Assembly: GCA_027053075.1 (NCBI GenBank)
Contig: JALUEE010000070.1
Coordinates: 1-37,148, forward strand
Source: a candidate division WOR-3 bacterium
GTDB lineage: Bacteria > Hydrothermota > Hydrothermia > B15-G9 > WFZT01
Reading direction: 5' to 3'
DNA length: 37,148 nt
Shown here: positions 19,201 through 27,379 of the stretch, one piece after another
Layout: each line of letters opens with the position of its first letter
Position numbering within the stretch: the first letter of the stretch is position 1
Position numbers and translations under genes: made by a program
The notes under the pieces: model-generated
The model's database searches: none
The model's input: the letters and a program-made list of their open reading frames with translations, nothing else
Told to the model about the DNA's origin: nothing

Positions 19201-19778
19201 TCGAGTGGGGAGAGCGGCAAGGGTATCATGAGAGGCCAACTTTACGCGGTCGCCGTTGTTGGTGGGATCTGGGCAACCGAAATCCTGGCCTTTATCTGTG
19301 GCCAATGATTCACAATAATCGCCTTGCTGTGTTCTTGAATAGTAGTGGTGTCCAAGTTGATCATAACCTCTTTGAAATAACACCTCATGATTTACGCAAA
19401 ATTATTATAAGTATATTCAGCATTCTGTCTGTTTTAATTAGAGAGCTCTATGGACGTTCTAACTTAGGAGAAGGTGCGCTTAAAACTGAAGGGATAGATA
19501 TTAAAAAGTTTTATAGCTTGGCTGTAGAAATTGACGATTCAATCAAGGAAATTTTGGAAAGATTCCAAATCCAGAGTCTCTTCACTGAAATTGGCATTGA
19601 CCCTGAGTCTGACATTCCTATTTCCGAACAGGAGCCAAATCCCTTGCCAGACCGCAAGGCATTGGATGATATCGTCTTTGATGCGTTAGGCCTGACCGAT
19701 GAGGAGCGCAAAGAAGTTTACCGCGCCGTCGCCCAACTGGTATGGGAAAGAATAAGTAAGGCAAGGAGTGGACGATGA
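16221..19778 (+). CDS. Large N6-adenine DNA methyltransferase (gamma class, Eco57I/TaqI-like) with C-terminal target-recognition region
   Basis: GAVYTP, motif I VCDPAAGSGAF, motif IV FDIVIGNPPY, SDLYTYF. Start taken as ATG 16221 rather than TTG 16173. Confidence 0.9.
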   Translation: MNKVKQLTSLTKDFSPEKLLSFLRLIAPSLRPQGLSLSHFLKEDSPFDIAEQIGVIELPDMKTVIVATVHVKGELTNRSSKRKQYELAKRILKDGNHNAGIFAFYDDNGRFRLSLVTVTYHGTKRQFSTFRRHTFFVDPDLPNKTFIQQFRKAEFSGFEGILETFSLEAVSDEFYREFEPKFEAIKESVQGTDDDNLKHDFALLFVIRTIFIGFLQKRGWIGDNQKFLQDFWKEYQGRGFKDRFYKEWLDPLFFEALKLPPGSKVSYGHSPFSKETEEALQMAPYLNGELFEKKGGVDDQALWIPDEIIGEFLDFIFQYNFTVEENELYDEELELNPEFLGIIFERLTNMEQGAVYTPRIEVDLMSRLALVKWLSQTTEIPIDKLYQFFFGEKESVEFSSDEIEVLIKKLESVTVCDPAAGSGAFLVGMLQVIDKTLDYLYSHPNAPIWITTKIPSPFERKKSIVERSLYGVEVKKSAVWISQLRLWLSLFVDIPEESRYSYEPLLPSLMFKVRAGDSLVQRIGNKSFPVHGHEVTGFSSAIRAKIADLKKLKRAFFNNRIRDPRIVFEAERNVFRAILNYEIQEKIKEIRRLSSPKGEMGVLEGIGPKKPVQEELLKANIEQLRAEIAELQDMKRRLSDKPIFLWSIQFAEVFFERGGFDIVIGNPPYVRRRDIVDPSGKHTPNQYVDALMEMLLLDFPDYFAKSKADRNRFKKGRKISKDSDLYTYFYIRSLRLLNEKGVHVFICSNAWLDVGYGTWLQEFFLRKAPLYMVIDNHARRSFVRADINTIITVASSPLKRVRVPRNHIVRFVAFKKPFEEAVSAENFIAIENATKTIKTDTYRVFPLTVGELLKEGSEAMEGKGSLVGEGIYVGNKWGGKYLRAPDIFFTILEKGKGKLVRLGEVAEVRRGFTTGANDFFYLEPLGPGSRPGLVRVRNGAGWEGEIEGEFLKPVIKSPREVKTIVIKPEDLRYRIFMCHKSKEELKGTKALEYIEWGERQGYHERPTLRGRRCWWDLGNRNPGLYLWPMIHNNRLAVFLNSSGVQVDHNLFEITPHDLRKIIISIFSILSVLIRELYGRSNLGEGALKTEGIDIKKFYSLAVEIDDSIKEILERFQIQSLFTEIGIDPESDIPISEQEPNPLPDRKALDDIVFDALGLTDEERKEVYRAVAQLVWERISKARSGR

Positions 19779-19876
19779 GGCACTCAAAAGAGGAAATTCT
19801 GCAGATTCTAAAGCAACTTGATGAAAAGGTTGCATCTGAAAAGGAATGCATTCTATGTATCACCTGGATAAATTGA
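19775..19876 (+). pseudogene. 33-aa ORF coupled to the MTase stop; probable gene remnant
   Basis: ATGA overlap and AGGAG SD; reads MRHSKEEILQILKQLDEKVASE, then loses protein-like character at a tandem microhomology TGAAAAGGTTGCATC/TGAAAAGGAATGCAT. Confidence 0.45.
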
Positions 19877-19894
19877 TGATTTGTAGAAGCGAAC

Positions 19895-19956
19895 ATTTAT
19901 TTGCACGCAAACAAAATTTATTTGCAGCTGCAAATATCTATTTGCACGCAAACAAA
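19895..19956. repeat. Three tandem 20-21-bp palindromic boxes upstream of the nuclease-helicase gene
   Basis: ATTTATTTGCACGCAAACAAA / ATTTATTTGCAGCTGCAAAT / ATCTATTTGCACGCAAACAAA; each has TTTGC-N2/4-GCAAA; perfect 18-bp palindrome TATTTGCAGCTGCAAATA at 19919-19936. Confidence 0.85.
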
Positions 19957-20032
19957 TGAAACGCGGGATTATCTTCGATAGAAAATAGATTCTCGATGTG
20001 CCTGAGTTTTTAGTGTATATGGATATAAAGCT

Positions 20033-23000
20033 ATGGCTAAGAACTTCATAACTAACGCTAAACAACAGAGTCTTAAGGCTCGCATTCGGACACTTGTCGA
20101 GCACAGTCAGGAACTTAAATTCTTGGTGGGATTTTTTTATTTCTCCGGATGGCAGGAGCTTTATGAATCTATAAAACAAAAAGTCGGAAAAAATCCGAAT
20201 TTTACTGTTAAAATTCTTGTCGGTCTGGATACAGATGTCAGACATAGCAAAGTCATTGAGATTGCTGATCCCACCCTGAACAATGCCACGCGGGATGAAG
20301 TGGTAGGACGCTTCTATGTGTCATTACGCACGGCTTTAAGAGATGAGGATCTCGATATGAAAGAGTTTTATGAACAGGTTTCGTTTTTCCTGAATCTACT
20401 TAAAGAAGGTCGCCTGCAGATACGAAAAACCTTTGAACCAAACCATGCAAAATTGTATCTATTTCGCCTGGATGAAGCTGGTCAGTCCCTGATAAATGCA
20501 CCTGGACGCTTTATCACTGGCTCCAGTAATCTGACCCGTGCTGGACTTTTGAGTCAGCACGAATTCAATGTGGAGATCGGAGATTACGGATGGGAAGATG
20601 CGGAAGCATATTTTGATGAACTCTGGGAGAATGCAATTCCTTTAAGTGAACTGGATAATGGAAAGGAAAACATAGTAAAAATTATCCGACGAGAGACTCA
20701 GGCGGCAGAAATCACGCCTTTTGAAGCCTATGTGCTGGTTCTGAAGACCTATCTGGACTTAATGGAACAGAAAAGATTAAGACCGCAGATCAAACGCCTG
20801 ATGCAGGAAAGGGGCTACCGTATCTACCGATATCAGGAAGAAGCTGTTCAACAGGCATTGACCGTTCTGGACGAATATGGGGGTGTTATTCTGGCGGATG
20901 TGGTGGGGTTGGGTAAAAGTGTGATTGCCAGTTGGTTGGCGCGAGAGCTTGGTGGTAGAGGGTTAGTTATTTGTCCACCAGCCCTGATGGGAGACCCTAA
21001 AACGCGCTCTGCGGGATGGTATAAGTATCTGAGCGATTTTGGATTGCATGACTGGGAAGTATTTTCTGTAGGATTGCTGGACAAAGCACAGGAATATCTG
21101 GCGAATTACGGCGACGATATCACCACCATCATCGTGGATGAGGCTCATCGCTTCCGCAATGAAGATACGGAAGCCTATGAACGCCTGAGTCAGATATGCA
21201 CCAATCGAAAAGTCATTTTACTTACTGCCACGCCTTTTAACAATGCACCTGCGGACATCTTCTCTTTACTCAAAATGTTCGTTCCACCGGGTAAATCCAC
21301 TCTCACTCTGGATGAAAAACTTGTGGCGCGCTTTACCCGATACTCTCATGAATTCAGGAAACTTTCTTATATTATGCGATATTACAATGCCGGAGGTGAT
21401 AAACAACTTCGAGCAGAAAAGAATTACGAGGAACTGTTTGATAGTAAGCCTCCCATCGATGTTGCAAGGGTTCAGAAGAGAATTCACAAGTTAGCAGATG
21501 AAATTCGCTCTGTCATTGAACCTGTCGTGATACGGCGCAATCGACTGGACTTAAAGAGAGACCCCGTTTATTCGCGTGAAATAAGTGACCTTCCTGAAGT
21601 TGCCGACCCAATAGAGCTTTTCTTTGAATTGACCCCTGAACAGTCCAGCTTTTACGACAGAGTTATACGAGACTACTTCGGTGAGAATGGTCAATTCCGT
21701 GGTGCAATATATCAGCCCTATTATTATGAAAAATCGCGTCAGATAACCAATATTGAAGAAGAATTTGTTTTCCAGCAACAGCACAACCTTTTCGAGTTTA
21801 TGCGTCGGCTGCTTGTTAAACGATTTGAAAGTTCCTTTGGGGCGTTTGCTCAAAGCATAGAAAACTTTATCAGGGTTCATAAGATTGTTCTTGAATTCAT
21901 AGAAAAAACAGGAAAATACATTCTGGACCGGAAACTGATAGAAAAAATCTGGGAAGAAGATGAGGAAACCATAGAAGAAATCTTGCAGGAATTCATTGAA
22001 AGACTGGCTCAAAAGGCAAAACCTAACCCCCGACACGACCATGTTTATGTGCTGGAAAATTTTGATAACAAAGACGGATTCCTCAAAGATATCAAATCAG
22101 ATCTTGAGCTATTCTTAAAGGTCAAAAGCGAGATAAATAGGCTGAAACTGGTGGAACAGGATCCAAAACGCCAGCGTCTTATAAAAGCAATTATGGAGAT
22201 TCAGAAAAAAGAACCAGAGCGAAAAGTGATAGTTTTTACCGAATATCGGGACACTGTACGACACATTTCACCGGTTCTTGAAAGTGCTTTCAGTGGAAAG
22301 GTGCTTGTTTCCGAAGGAACCCTGAACAAAAGCTTTTTTGAAAAATTGCTTGCTAATTTTGATGCAGGATATCCTCAGGAAAAACAACGAAATGATTATG
22401 ACATTCTTGTTACCACAGATAGGCTATCCGAAGGCATAAATCTAAATCGGGCAGGTGCTATTATTAACTATGATATACCGTGGAATCCTACACGAGTTAT
22501 TCAAAGATTGGGACGTATTAACCGCATAGGTCAAAAGGTGTTTGATACTCTGTATATTTATAATTTCTTCCCCACAGAACAGGGCGCAGAAGTAGTTAAA
22601 AGTCGTGAAATCGCAGCCCATAAGATGTTCCTCATTCACAATACTCTGGGAGAAGATGCTAAAATTTTTGCACCTGATGAAACACCAACACCTTCTGAAC
22701 TTTTCAACCGCATCAATAGGAATCCCGAAGAACTTGAGGAGGAAAGCCTTATCACGCAGATACGCAGCGAATTCTTCGCCACTAAAGAGAATCATCCTGA
22801 GCTGGTAGAAAACCTCAAAGATTTTCCACCTCGCGTGAAGACAGCTAAGCCCTATAACAAAAATGAACTTTTTGTTATCAGGCGCAAGGGACTTCAGCTC
22901 TTTGTCCATCATGTCCCTGACACTTTAGAAAGCAAACGCAAAGTTCGTCCATTATCGTTACAGGATGCATTACCTCACATCAGATGCCAGCTAAGTACTC

Positions 23001-23419
23001 CTTGTCTTAACCTGAGCGAACACTTTTGGCCTTCGTATGAATTGGTGAAACGCTTCAAAGAATATATATCTATGCCTCAGAGTGAACGATCGTTGCTTGT
23101 AAAAGCTGAGAATAATCTCCGTAGTGCTTTGCAATATCATGCGGCTGAGCTGGAAGATTTGATCCCCTTTGTCAGAACCTTGCTTAGAGACATTAAAGAG
23201 TTCCAGACTCTCCCTAAATACACTTTACGCCGTTTGACAATGGTTGAGATGGACAAAAATGCAACAAGATCAAATATCCGGCGCTTTAAGGTTGAACTTA
23301 AAAAATTAAGGCAGACATTGGGGGAGAACTACTTGCACGGGATAGAAGAGCGAGTAAGCAAATTCCGAACTGAAATCATCATAGCCATAGAAAATAGGAT
23401 GGAAAATGAGTCAGTATGA
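20033..23419 (+). CDS. PLD-family nuclease fused to an SNF2-like superfamily-2 helicase/ATPase
   Basis: LVGFFYFSG, NHAKLY and ITGSSNLT (PLD HxK..GSxN); Walker A LADVVGLGKS, DEAH, TATP, VFTEY..T, LSEGINL, YDIPWNP, QRLGRINRIG. Confidence 0.9.
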   Translation: MAKNFITNAKQQSLKARIRTLVEHSQELKFLVGFFYFSGWQELYESIKQKVGKNPNFTVKILVGLDTDVRHSKVIEIADPTLNNATRDEVVGRFYVSLRTALRDEDLDMKEFYEQVSFFLNLLKEGRLQIRKTFEPNHAKLYLFRLDEAGQSLINAPGRFITGSSNLTRAGLLSQHEFNVEIGDYGWEDAEAYFDELWENAIPLSELDNGKENIVKIIRRETQAAEITPFEAYVLVLKTYLDLMEQKRLRPQIKRLMQERGYRIYRYQEEAVQQALTVLDEYGGVILADVVGLGKSVIASWLARELGGRGLVICPPALMGDPKTRSAGWYKYLSDFGLHDWEVFSVGLLDKAQEYLANYGDDITTIIVDEAHRFRNEDTEAYERLSQICTNRKVILLTATPFNNAPADIFSLLKMFVPPGKSTLTLDEKLVARFTRYSHEFRKLSYIMRYYNAGGDKQLRAEKNYEELFDSKPPIDVARVQKRIHKLADEIRSVIEPVVIRRNRLDLKRDPVYSREISDLPEVADPIELFFELTPEQSSFYDRVIRDYFGENGQFRGAIYQPYYYEKSRQITNIEEEFVFQQQHNLFEFMRRLLVKRFESSFGAFAQSIENFIRVHKIVLEFIEKTGKYILDRKLIEKIWEEDEETIEEILQEFIERLAQKAKPNPRHDHVYVLENFDNKDGFLKDIKSDLELFLKVKSEINRLKLVEQDPKRQRLIKAIMEIQKKEPERKVIVFTEYRDTVRHISPVLESAFSGKVLVSEGTLNKSFFEKLLANFDAGYPQEKQRNDYDILVTTDRLSEGINLNRAGAIINYDIPWNPTRVIQRLGRINRIGQKVFDTLYIYNFFPTEQGAEVVKSREIAAHKMFLIHNTLGEDAKIFAPDETPTPSELFNRINRNPEELEEESLITQIRSEFFATKENHPELVENLKDFPPRVKTAKPYNKNELFVIRRKGLQLFVHHVPDTLESKRKVRPLSLQDALPHIRCQLSTPCLNLSEHFWPSYELVKRFKEYISMPQSERSLLVKAENNLRSALQYHAAELEDLIPFVRTLLRDIKEFQTLPKYTLRRLTMVEMDKNATRSNIRRFKVELKKLRQTLGENYLHGIEERVSKFRTEIIIAIENRMENESV

Positions 23420-23516
23420 TTTTGTTAACTCGAAATATATCTTTGAAGAGATTTTTAAAGTGGAGCTATCAGAGCAGGTGAATGTTCGGGAAAATATTTT
23501 GGAAAAATTGAGGTGA
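23406..23516 (+). pseudogene. 36-aa ORF overlapping the helicase stop; small protein or remnant
   Basis: MSQYDFVNSKYIFEEIFKVELSEQVNVRENILEKLR*, purine-rich upstream, ends 7 nt before the next ATG. Confidence 0.3.
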
Positions 23517-23523
23517 TTTTTCA

Positions 23524-23754
23524 ATGAAACCGATTAGAAGACATATCGTCTGGGGCACGGATAAAATAGACATGAATGACCCTTTTCAGCGAAAGTGGTT
23601 CATCAAGCAGGTTCTAATTCATGGCCGTGCAGAGGATATCAAGGAACTGGATTTGAACGAAGTAGAAAAACTCCTGGACGAATTAGACCTTCCAGAAGAA
23701 ATTTATCAACTATGGAAATCATACTTTGAGGTCAAACGCAGTGCTTCAGGGTAA
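23524..23754 (+). CDS. Small helical protein resembling the partners of AbiEii-type nucleotidyltransferase toxins
   Basis: GAGGTG SD; pattern hW.......D....W.I.QVL.HG..EDh, recalled from small ORFs that precede AbiEii-like NTases. Confidence 0.55.
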   Translation: MKPIRRHIVWGTDKIDMNDPFQRKWFIKQVLIHGRAEDIKELDLNEVEKLLDELDLPEEIYQLWKSYFEVKRSASG

Positions 23755-23770
23755 AGGAATTTTACATTGA
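23741..23770 (+). pseudogene. 9-codon stub, possibly the start of a deleted toxin gene
   Basis: GAGGT SD at 23728-23732, GTG start overlapping the preceding ORF end, VLQGKGILH*. Confidence 0.3.
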
Positions 23771-23812
23771 TAATTGTAATGACGATGAATTTTGCGTCTC
23801 CTCCACCTCAAC

Positions 23813-23840
23813 TTGACAATAGGTTGTTTATTGCAATAAT
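23813..23840 (+). promoter_or_regulatory. Putative promoter of the 2-oxoacid oxidoreductase operon
   Basis: TTGACA-16bp-AATAAT with an extended TGn. Confidence 0.5.
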
Positions 23841-23944
23841 CTTTGAGTAATGCTATGCGGTCTAAAAAATCCTTCGGTTTGTGAATCCATCCTGAATAAC
23901 TACATTCCCATACGAAAAAAATCTGTTAAAGGGGGTACCATTTT

Positions 23945-24523
23945 ATGATTGAGATCAGGATGCATGGAAGAGGAGGGCAGGGAACCGTTGTTGCTTCCAA
24001 AGCCCTCGGAATAGCATTCTTTCTTGAAGGTCACTACATTCAGTCTTATCCACAGTATGGAGTTGAGCGTAGAGGTGCCCCGGTTCAGGCCTATCTCAGA
24101 GTCGCTGAGCCGGGTGAACAGGAGTTTGTCAGATCACAGATTTACGAGCCCGACCAGATCATCATTCTCGATCCTACACTTCTTGATCAGATAAACGTGC
24201 TTGAAGGTCTAAAACCTGGCGGCTGGGTCATAATCAATTCTCCAGAACCACCAGAAAAGATCAATATCCCTGAGATATACAACGTTGCCACAGTTGATGC
24301 TTCCTCAATTGCGATAAAACACAGACTCGGAACAAAAGCCCAGCCCATAGTGAATACTGCAATTCTCGGCGGTTACGCAGGTGCGACAAAGCTCGTGAGC
24401 ATTGAGAACATAAAAGAGGCCATAAAACAGGTGGTTCCAATAAAGCCCGAGGAAAACGCGAAAGCCGCTGAAGAAGCTTATTATGCTGTCAAAGTGAGGA
24501 AAGCATCGGAGGTCAAAGTATGA
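23945..24523 (+). CDS. porC: 2-oxoacid:acceptor oxidoreductase gamma subunit
   Basis: EIRMHGRGGQG, YGVERRGAPV, NTAILG. Confidence 0.93.
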   Translation: MIEIRMHGRGGQGTVVASKALGIAFFLEGHYIQSYPQYGVERRGAPVQAYLRVAEPGEQEFVRSQIYEPDQIIILDPTLLDQINVLEGLKPGGWVIINSPEPPEKINIPEIYNVATVDASSIAIKHRLGTKAQPIVNTAILGGYAGATKLVSIENIKEAIKQVVPIKPEENAKAAEEAYYAVKVRKASEVKV

Positions 24524-26181
24524 AAAAAGAATATAATGTCCACAACATTCCAGAGGCACCTGTTACACTGACGACAACGCTGATAAACCAGACAGGGAGC
24601 TGGAAAAACATCCAGCCAGTTCTGGTTGAGGCACCGGCGCCCTGCACCGCTGCCTGCCCGGCCGGCATCGAAATTCCCGTGTATTTCGACATGCTCATCC
24701 GTGGAAGATTCGACGATGCTGCAAAAATTCTCCACGATAGCAATCCTTTCCCTTCGATCACGGGCAGGGTATGCCCTCACTTTTGTGAGCAGCAGTGTAA
24801 CAGGGGCCACTTCGACGAGGCCATAAGCATTCGTGGAATTGAAAGATTTTTAGGTGATAGATACCTCGATAAGAAATGGTCACCTCCGGACACTGAGGTT
24901 GATAAAAAGATTGCCATTGTTGGTTCAGGTCCAGCAGGTCTCTCGGCAGCCCATTATCTCCGCAAAAAAGGATACAAAGTTACAGTTTTTGAGCGGGATG
25001 AAAAACCCGGAGGTGTTCTCCGCTACGGTATCCCGGATTACAGATTGCCAAAGGATATTCTTGACAAAGAAATCGAAGCACTTGAACGTGAAGGGGTGGA
25101 GTTCAAAACAAATACAGAAGTTGGCAAAGATATCACTTTCGATGAGCTAAAGGAAAAATTTGATGCTGTTTTCTTTGGCACAGGTGCTCCACTTGAAAGA
25201 CAGATGAAAATTCCTGGTGAAGAGCATTTTATCAACGGTGTAGAATTCCTCCGCGAGGCCAATACCGGAAAATTTAAAGAATTTAGCGGTCGTGTAGCGG
25301 TTATAGGTGGTGGAAATGTGGCAATGGACGTTGCCCGCAGCCTTCTTCGTCTCGGTGCTACCCCTGTAGTACTCTACAGAAGAACCGAAAAAGAGATGCC
25401 TGCCATAAGAGAGGAAGTCGAGCGCGCTATGGAAGACGGCATTGAATTCAAATTCCTGACACTCCCTGTTAAAGCAGAAAAGAAGGATGGCAAGATTGTT
25501 CTGACCAACATAAAAATGAAATTGGGCGAGCCAGATGAAACAGGAAGGCGAAGACCCATCCCGATAGAGGGCTCCGAATACACCGAAGAATACGCTGCTG
25601 TTGTTACTGCCATCGGAGAGCTTGCAGACCTCTCTATTTTCCCCAAAGACTTATTAAATGAGAAAGGCTGGCTCGATGTGGATGTTGAGACCACAGCCAC
25701 AAAGGACCCCAAAGTTTTTGCAGGTGGAGACCTTGTCCTCGGCCCTGCCACAGTCATTGAGGCTATTGAGCTTGGAAAGAGGGCTGCTACAAATATTGAC
25801 CGGGTTTTGAACGGTCTTGAACTCAAGAAATTTAAGCCGTTTGAGAACGTGGTCGGATTTGACAAAATTGTTCTCGATTATTTCATCAAAGAGCCGCGTG
25901 AAAAGCAGCCTGAAATTCCCATTGAAGAGAGAATCAAGCATTTTGATCGGGAAGAGATTGGAGAGTTTACAGAGGAGCAGGTTCAGCGTGAAGCATCGCG
26001 GTGTTTCTCCTGCGGCCATTGTAATGGATGCGGTACGTGCTGGGTCTTCTGTCCGGATATGGCGATTAAGTGGGAAAATGATCAGCCGGTATTTGAATAC
26101 GACTACTGTAAAGGATGTGGAATCTGTGCTGCCGAATGTCCGAGAGACGTCATTCACATGGTTCAGGTGAGAACCTTTTAG
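24520..26181 (+). CDS. Delta subunit fused with a GltD/DsrL-like FAD/NAD(P)-binding oxidoreductase
   Basis: PorD-type N-terminus TGSWKNIQPV; CTAACP..GRVCPHFCEQQC; FAD motif GSGPAG; nucleotide motif GGGNVA and YRR; C-terminal EASRCFSCGHCNGCGTCWVFCP...YCKGCGICAAECP; sits at the delta position between gamma and alpha. Confidence 0.85.
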   Translation: MKKEYNVHNIPEAPVTLTTTLINQTGSWKNIQPVLVEAPAPCTAACPAGIEIPVYFDMLIRGRFDDAAKILHDSNPFPSITGRVCPHFCEQQCNRGHFDEAISIRGIERFLGDRYLDKKWSPPDTEVDKKIAIVGSGPAGLSAAHYLRKKGYKVTVFERDEKPGGVLRYGIPDYRLPKDILDKEIEALEREGVEFKTNTEVGKDITFDELKEKFDAVFFGTGAPLERQMKIPGEEHFINGVEFLREANTGKFKEFSGRVAVIGGGNVAMDVARSLLRLGATPVVLYRRTEKEMPAIREEVERAMEDGIEFKFLTLPVKAEKKDGKIVLTNIKMKLGEPDETGRRRPIPIEGSEYTEEYAAVVTAIGELADLSIFPKDLLNEKGWLDVDVETTATKDPKVFAGGDLVLGPATVIEAIELGKRAATNIDRVLNGLELKKFKPFENVVGFDKIVLDYFIKEPREKQPEIPIEERIKHFDREEIGEFTEEQVQREASRCFSCGHCNGCGTCWVFCPDMAIKWENDQPVFEYDYCKGCGICAAECPRDVIHMVQVRTF

Positions 26182-26191
26182 GAGGTAGAAA

Positions 26192-27379
26192 ATGGCAACT
26201 GTAAAATCAGGGATCAAGAAGGTTTTAACTGGAAACAACTCCGTTTCGTGGGGTGTTAAATTATCAAGGGTGCAGGTAATTTCAGCCTATCCCATAACAC
26301 CTCAGACGACGATCGTGGAGCTCCTTTCAGAAATGGTAGCGAATGGTGAGCTGAAGGCCGAGTTTATCAAGGTGGAATCTGAACACTCTGCCATGTCGGC
26401 TGTCATCGGTGCCTCTGCTGCAGGTGCAAGGGCTTTCACAGCCACCTCAGCTCAGGGACTTGCCCTGATGCACGAGATGCTTCACTGGGCGGCTGGAGCA
26501 AGGCTCCCCATTGTCCTTGCAAATGTTAACCGTGCCTTTGGGCCTCCATGGTCCATCTGGACGGAGCAGACCGATTCGCTGGCCCAGAGGGACACGGGCT
26601 GGATTCAGATTTATGTGGAATCCAACCAGGAAGCTCTGGACAATGTTATTCTTGCCTACAAAGTGGCCGAGCAGGTTAATCTTCCTGTGATGATCGTTCT
26701 TGAAGCTTTTGTGCTCTCTCACACCAACGAGCCTGTTGAGATTTATCCTCAGGAGATGGTTGATGAATACCTGCCACCTCGCGAAAATCCTCTTTATGTG
26801 GTGGAGCCCGGGAATAACTATGCTGTAGGTGCACTTGGTGGGCCGGACATTTACATGGAATGGCGGTACAAGATGCAGAAGGCCATGGAAAAGGCGCTGG
26901 ATGTGATAAAGGATGAGGGTGCCAATTTTGGCGACCACTTTGGAAGGCATTACGGACATTATGAAGAGTACATGATGGATGATGCTGACATTGTGCTTGT
27001 TTCAGCCGGTGCCTTCACAAGTACTGTTAAATACGCTGTGAAGCACTACCGCGAAGAAACCGGTGAGAAGGTGGGAGTTTTGAAACTCCGGACGTTCAGA
27101 CCTTTCCCTGCCGAGGACTTAAGACAGGTTTTATGCTGCCGTAAGAAGGTTGCAGTGCTGGATAGAAACATTTCCTTTGGACACCACGGAATCTTTTACT
27201 CAGAGCTAAAATCTGCACTGTACAGGATGAAGGATGGAGAGAGACCATTGATGCACGGCTACATTCTCGGGCTCGGCGGACGGGACATTACTCCGAAGGA
27301 TATAAGAGACATCATTGAGGATGTTAAAACAAGGGATGAAATCAAGGAAGACATAATCTGGAAAGGAGTAAAACTATGA
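26192..27379 (+). CDS. porA: 2-oxoacid:acceptor oxidoreductase alpha subunit
   Basis: AYPITPQT, VESEHSAMS, TATSAQGL, RPFP, GLGGRD. Confidence 0.93.
   Translation: MATVKSGIKKVLTGNNSVSWGVKLSRVQVISAYPITPQTTIVELLSEMVANGELKAEFIKVESEHSAMSAVIGASAAGARAFTATSAQGLALMHEMLHWAAGARLPIVLANVNRAFGPPWSIWTEQTDSLAQRDTGWIQIYVESNQEALDNVILAYKVAEQVNLPVMIVLEAFVLSHTNEPVEIYPQEMVDEYLPPRENPLYVVEPGNNYAVGALGGPDIYMEWRYKMQKAMEKALDVIKDEGANFGDHFGRHYGHYEEYMMDDADIVLVSAGAFTSTVKYAVKHYREETGEKVGVLKLRTFRPFPAEDLRQVLCCRKKVAVLDRNISFGHHGIFYSELKSALYRMKDGERPLMHGYILGLGGRDITPKDIRDIIEDVKTRDEIKEDIIWKGVKL

Noticed and set aside
19895..19956. Possible mini-CRISPR array
   Set aside because: The units abut with no unique spacers, and there are no cas genes.
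23879..23896. Rex-box-like TTGTGAA upstream of the por operon
   Set aside because: The second half-site (TCCTGAA) matches TTCACAA at only 4 of 7 positions.
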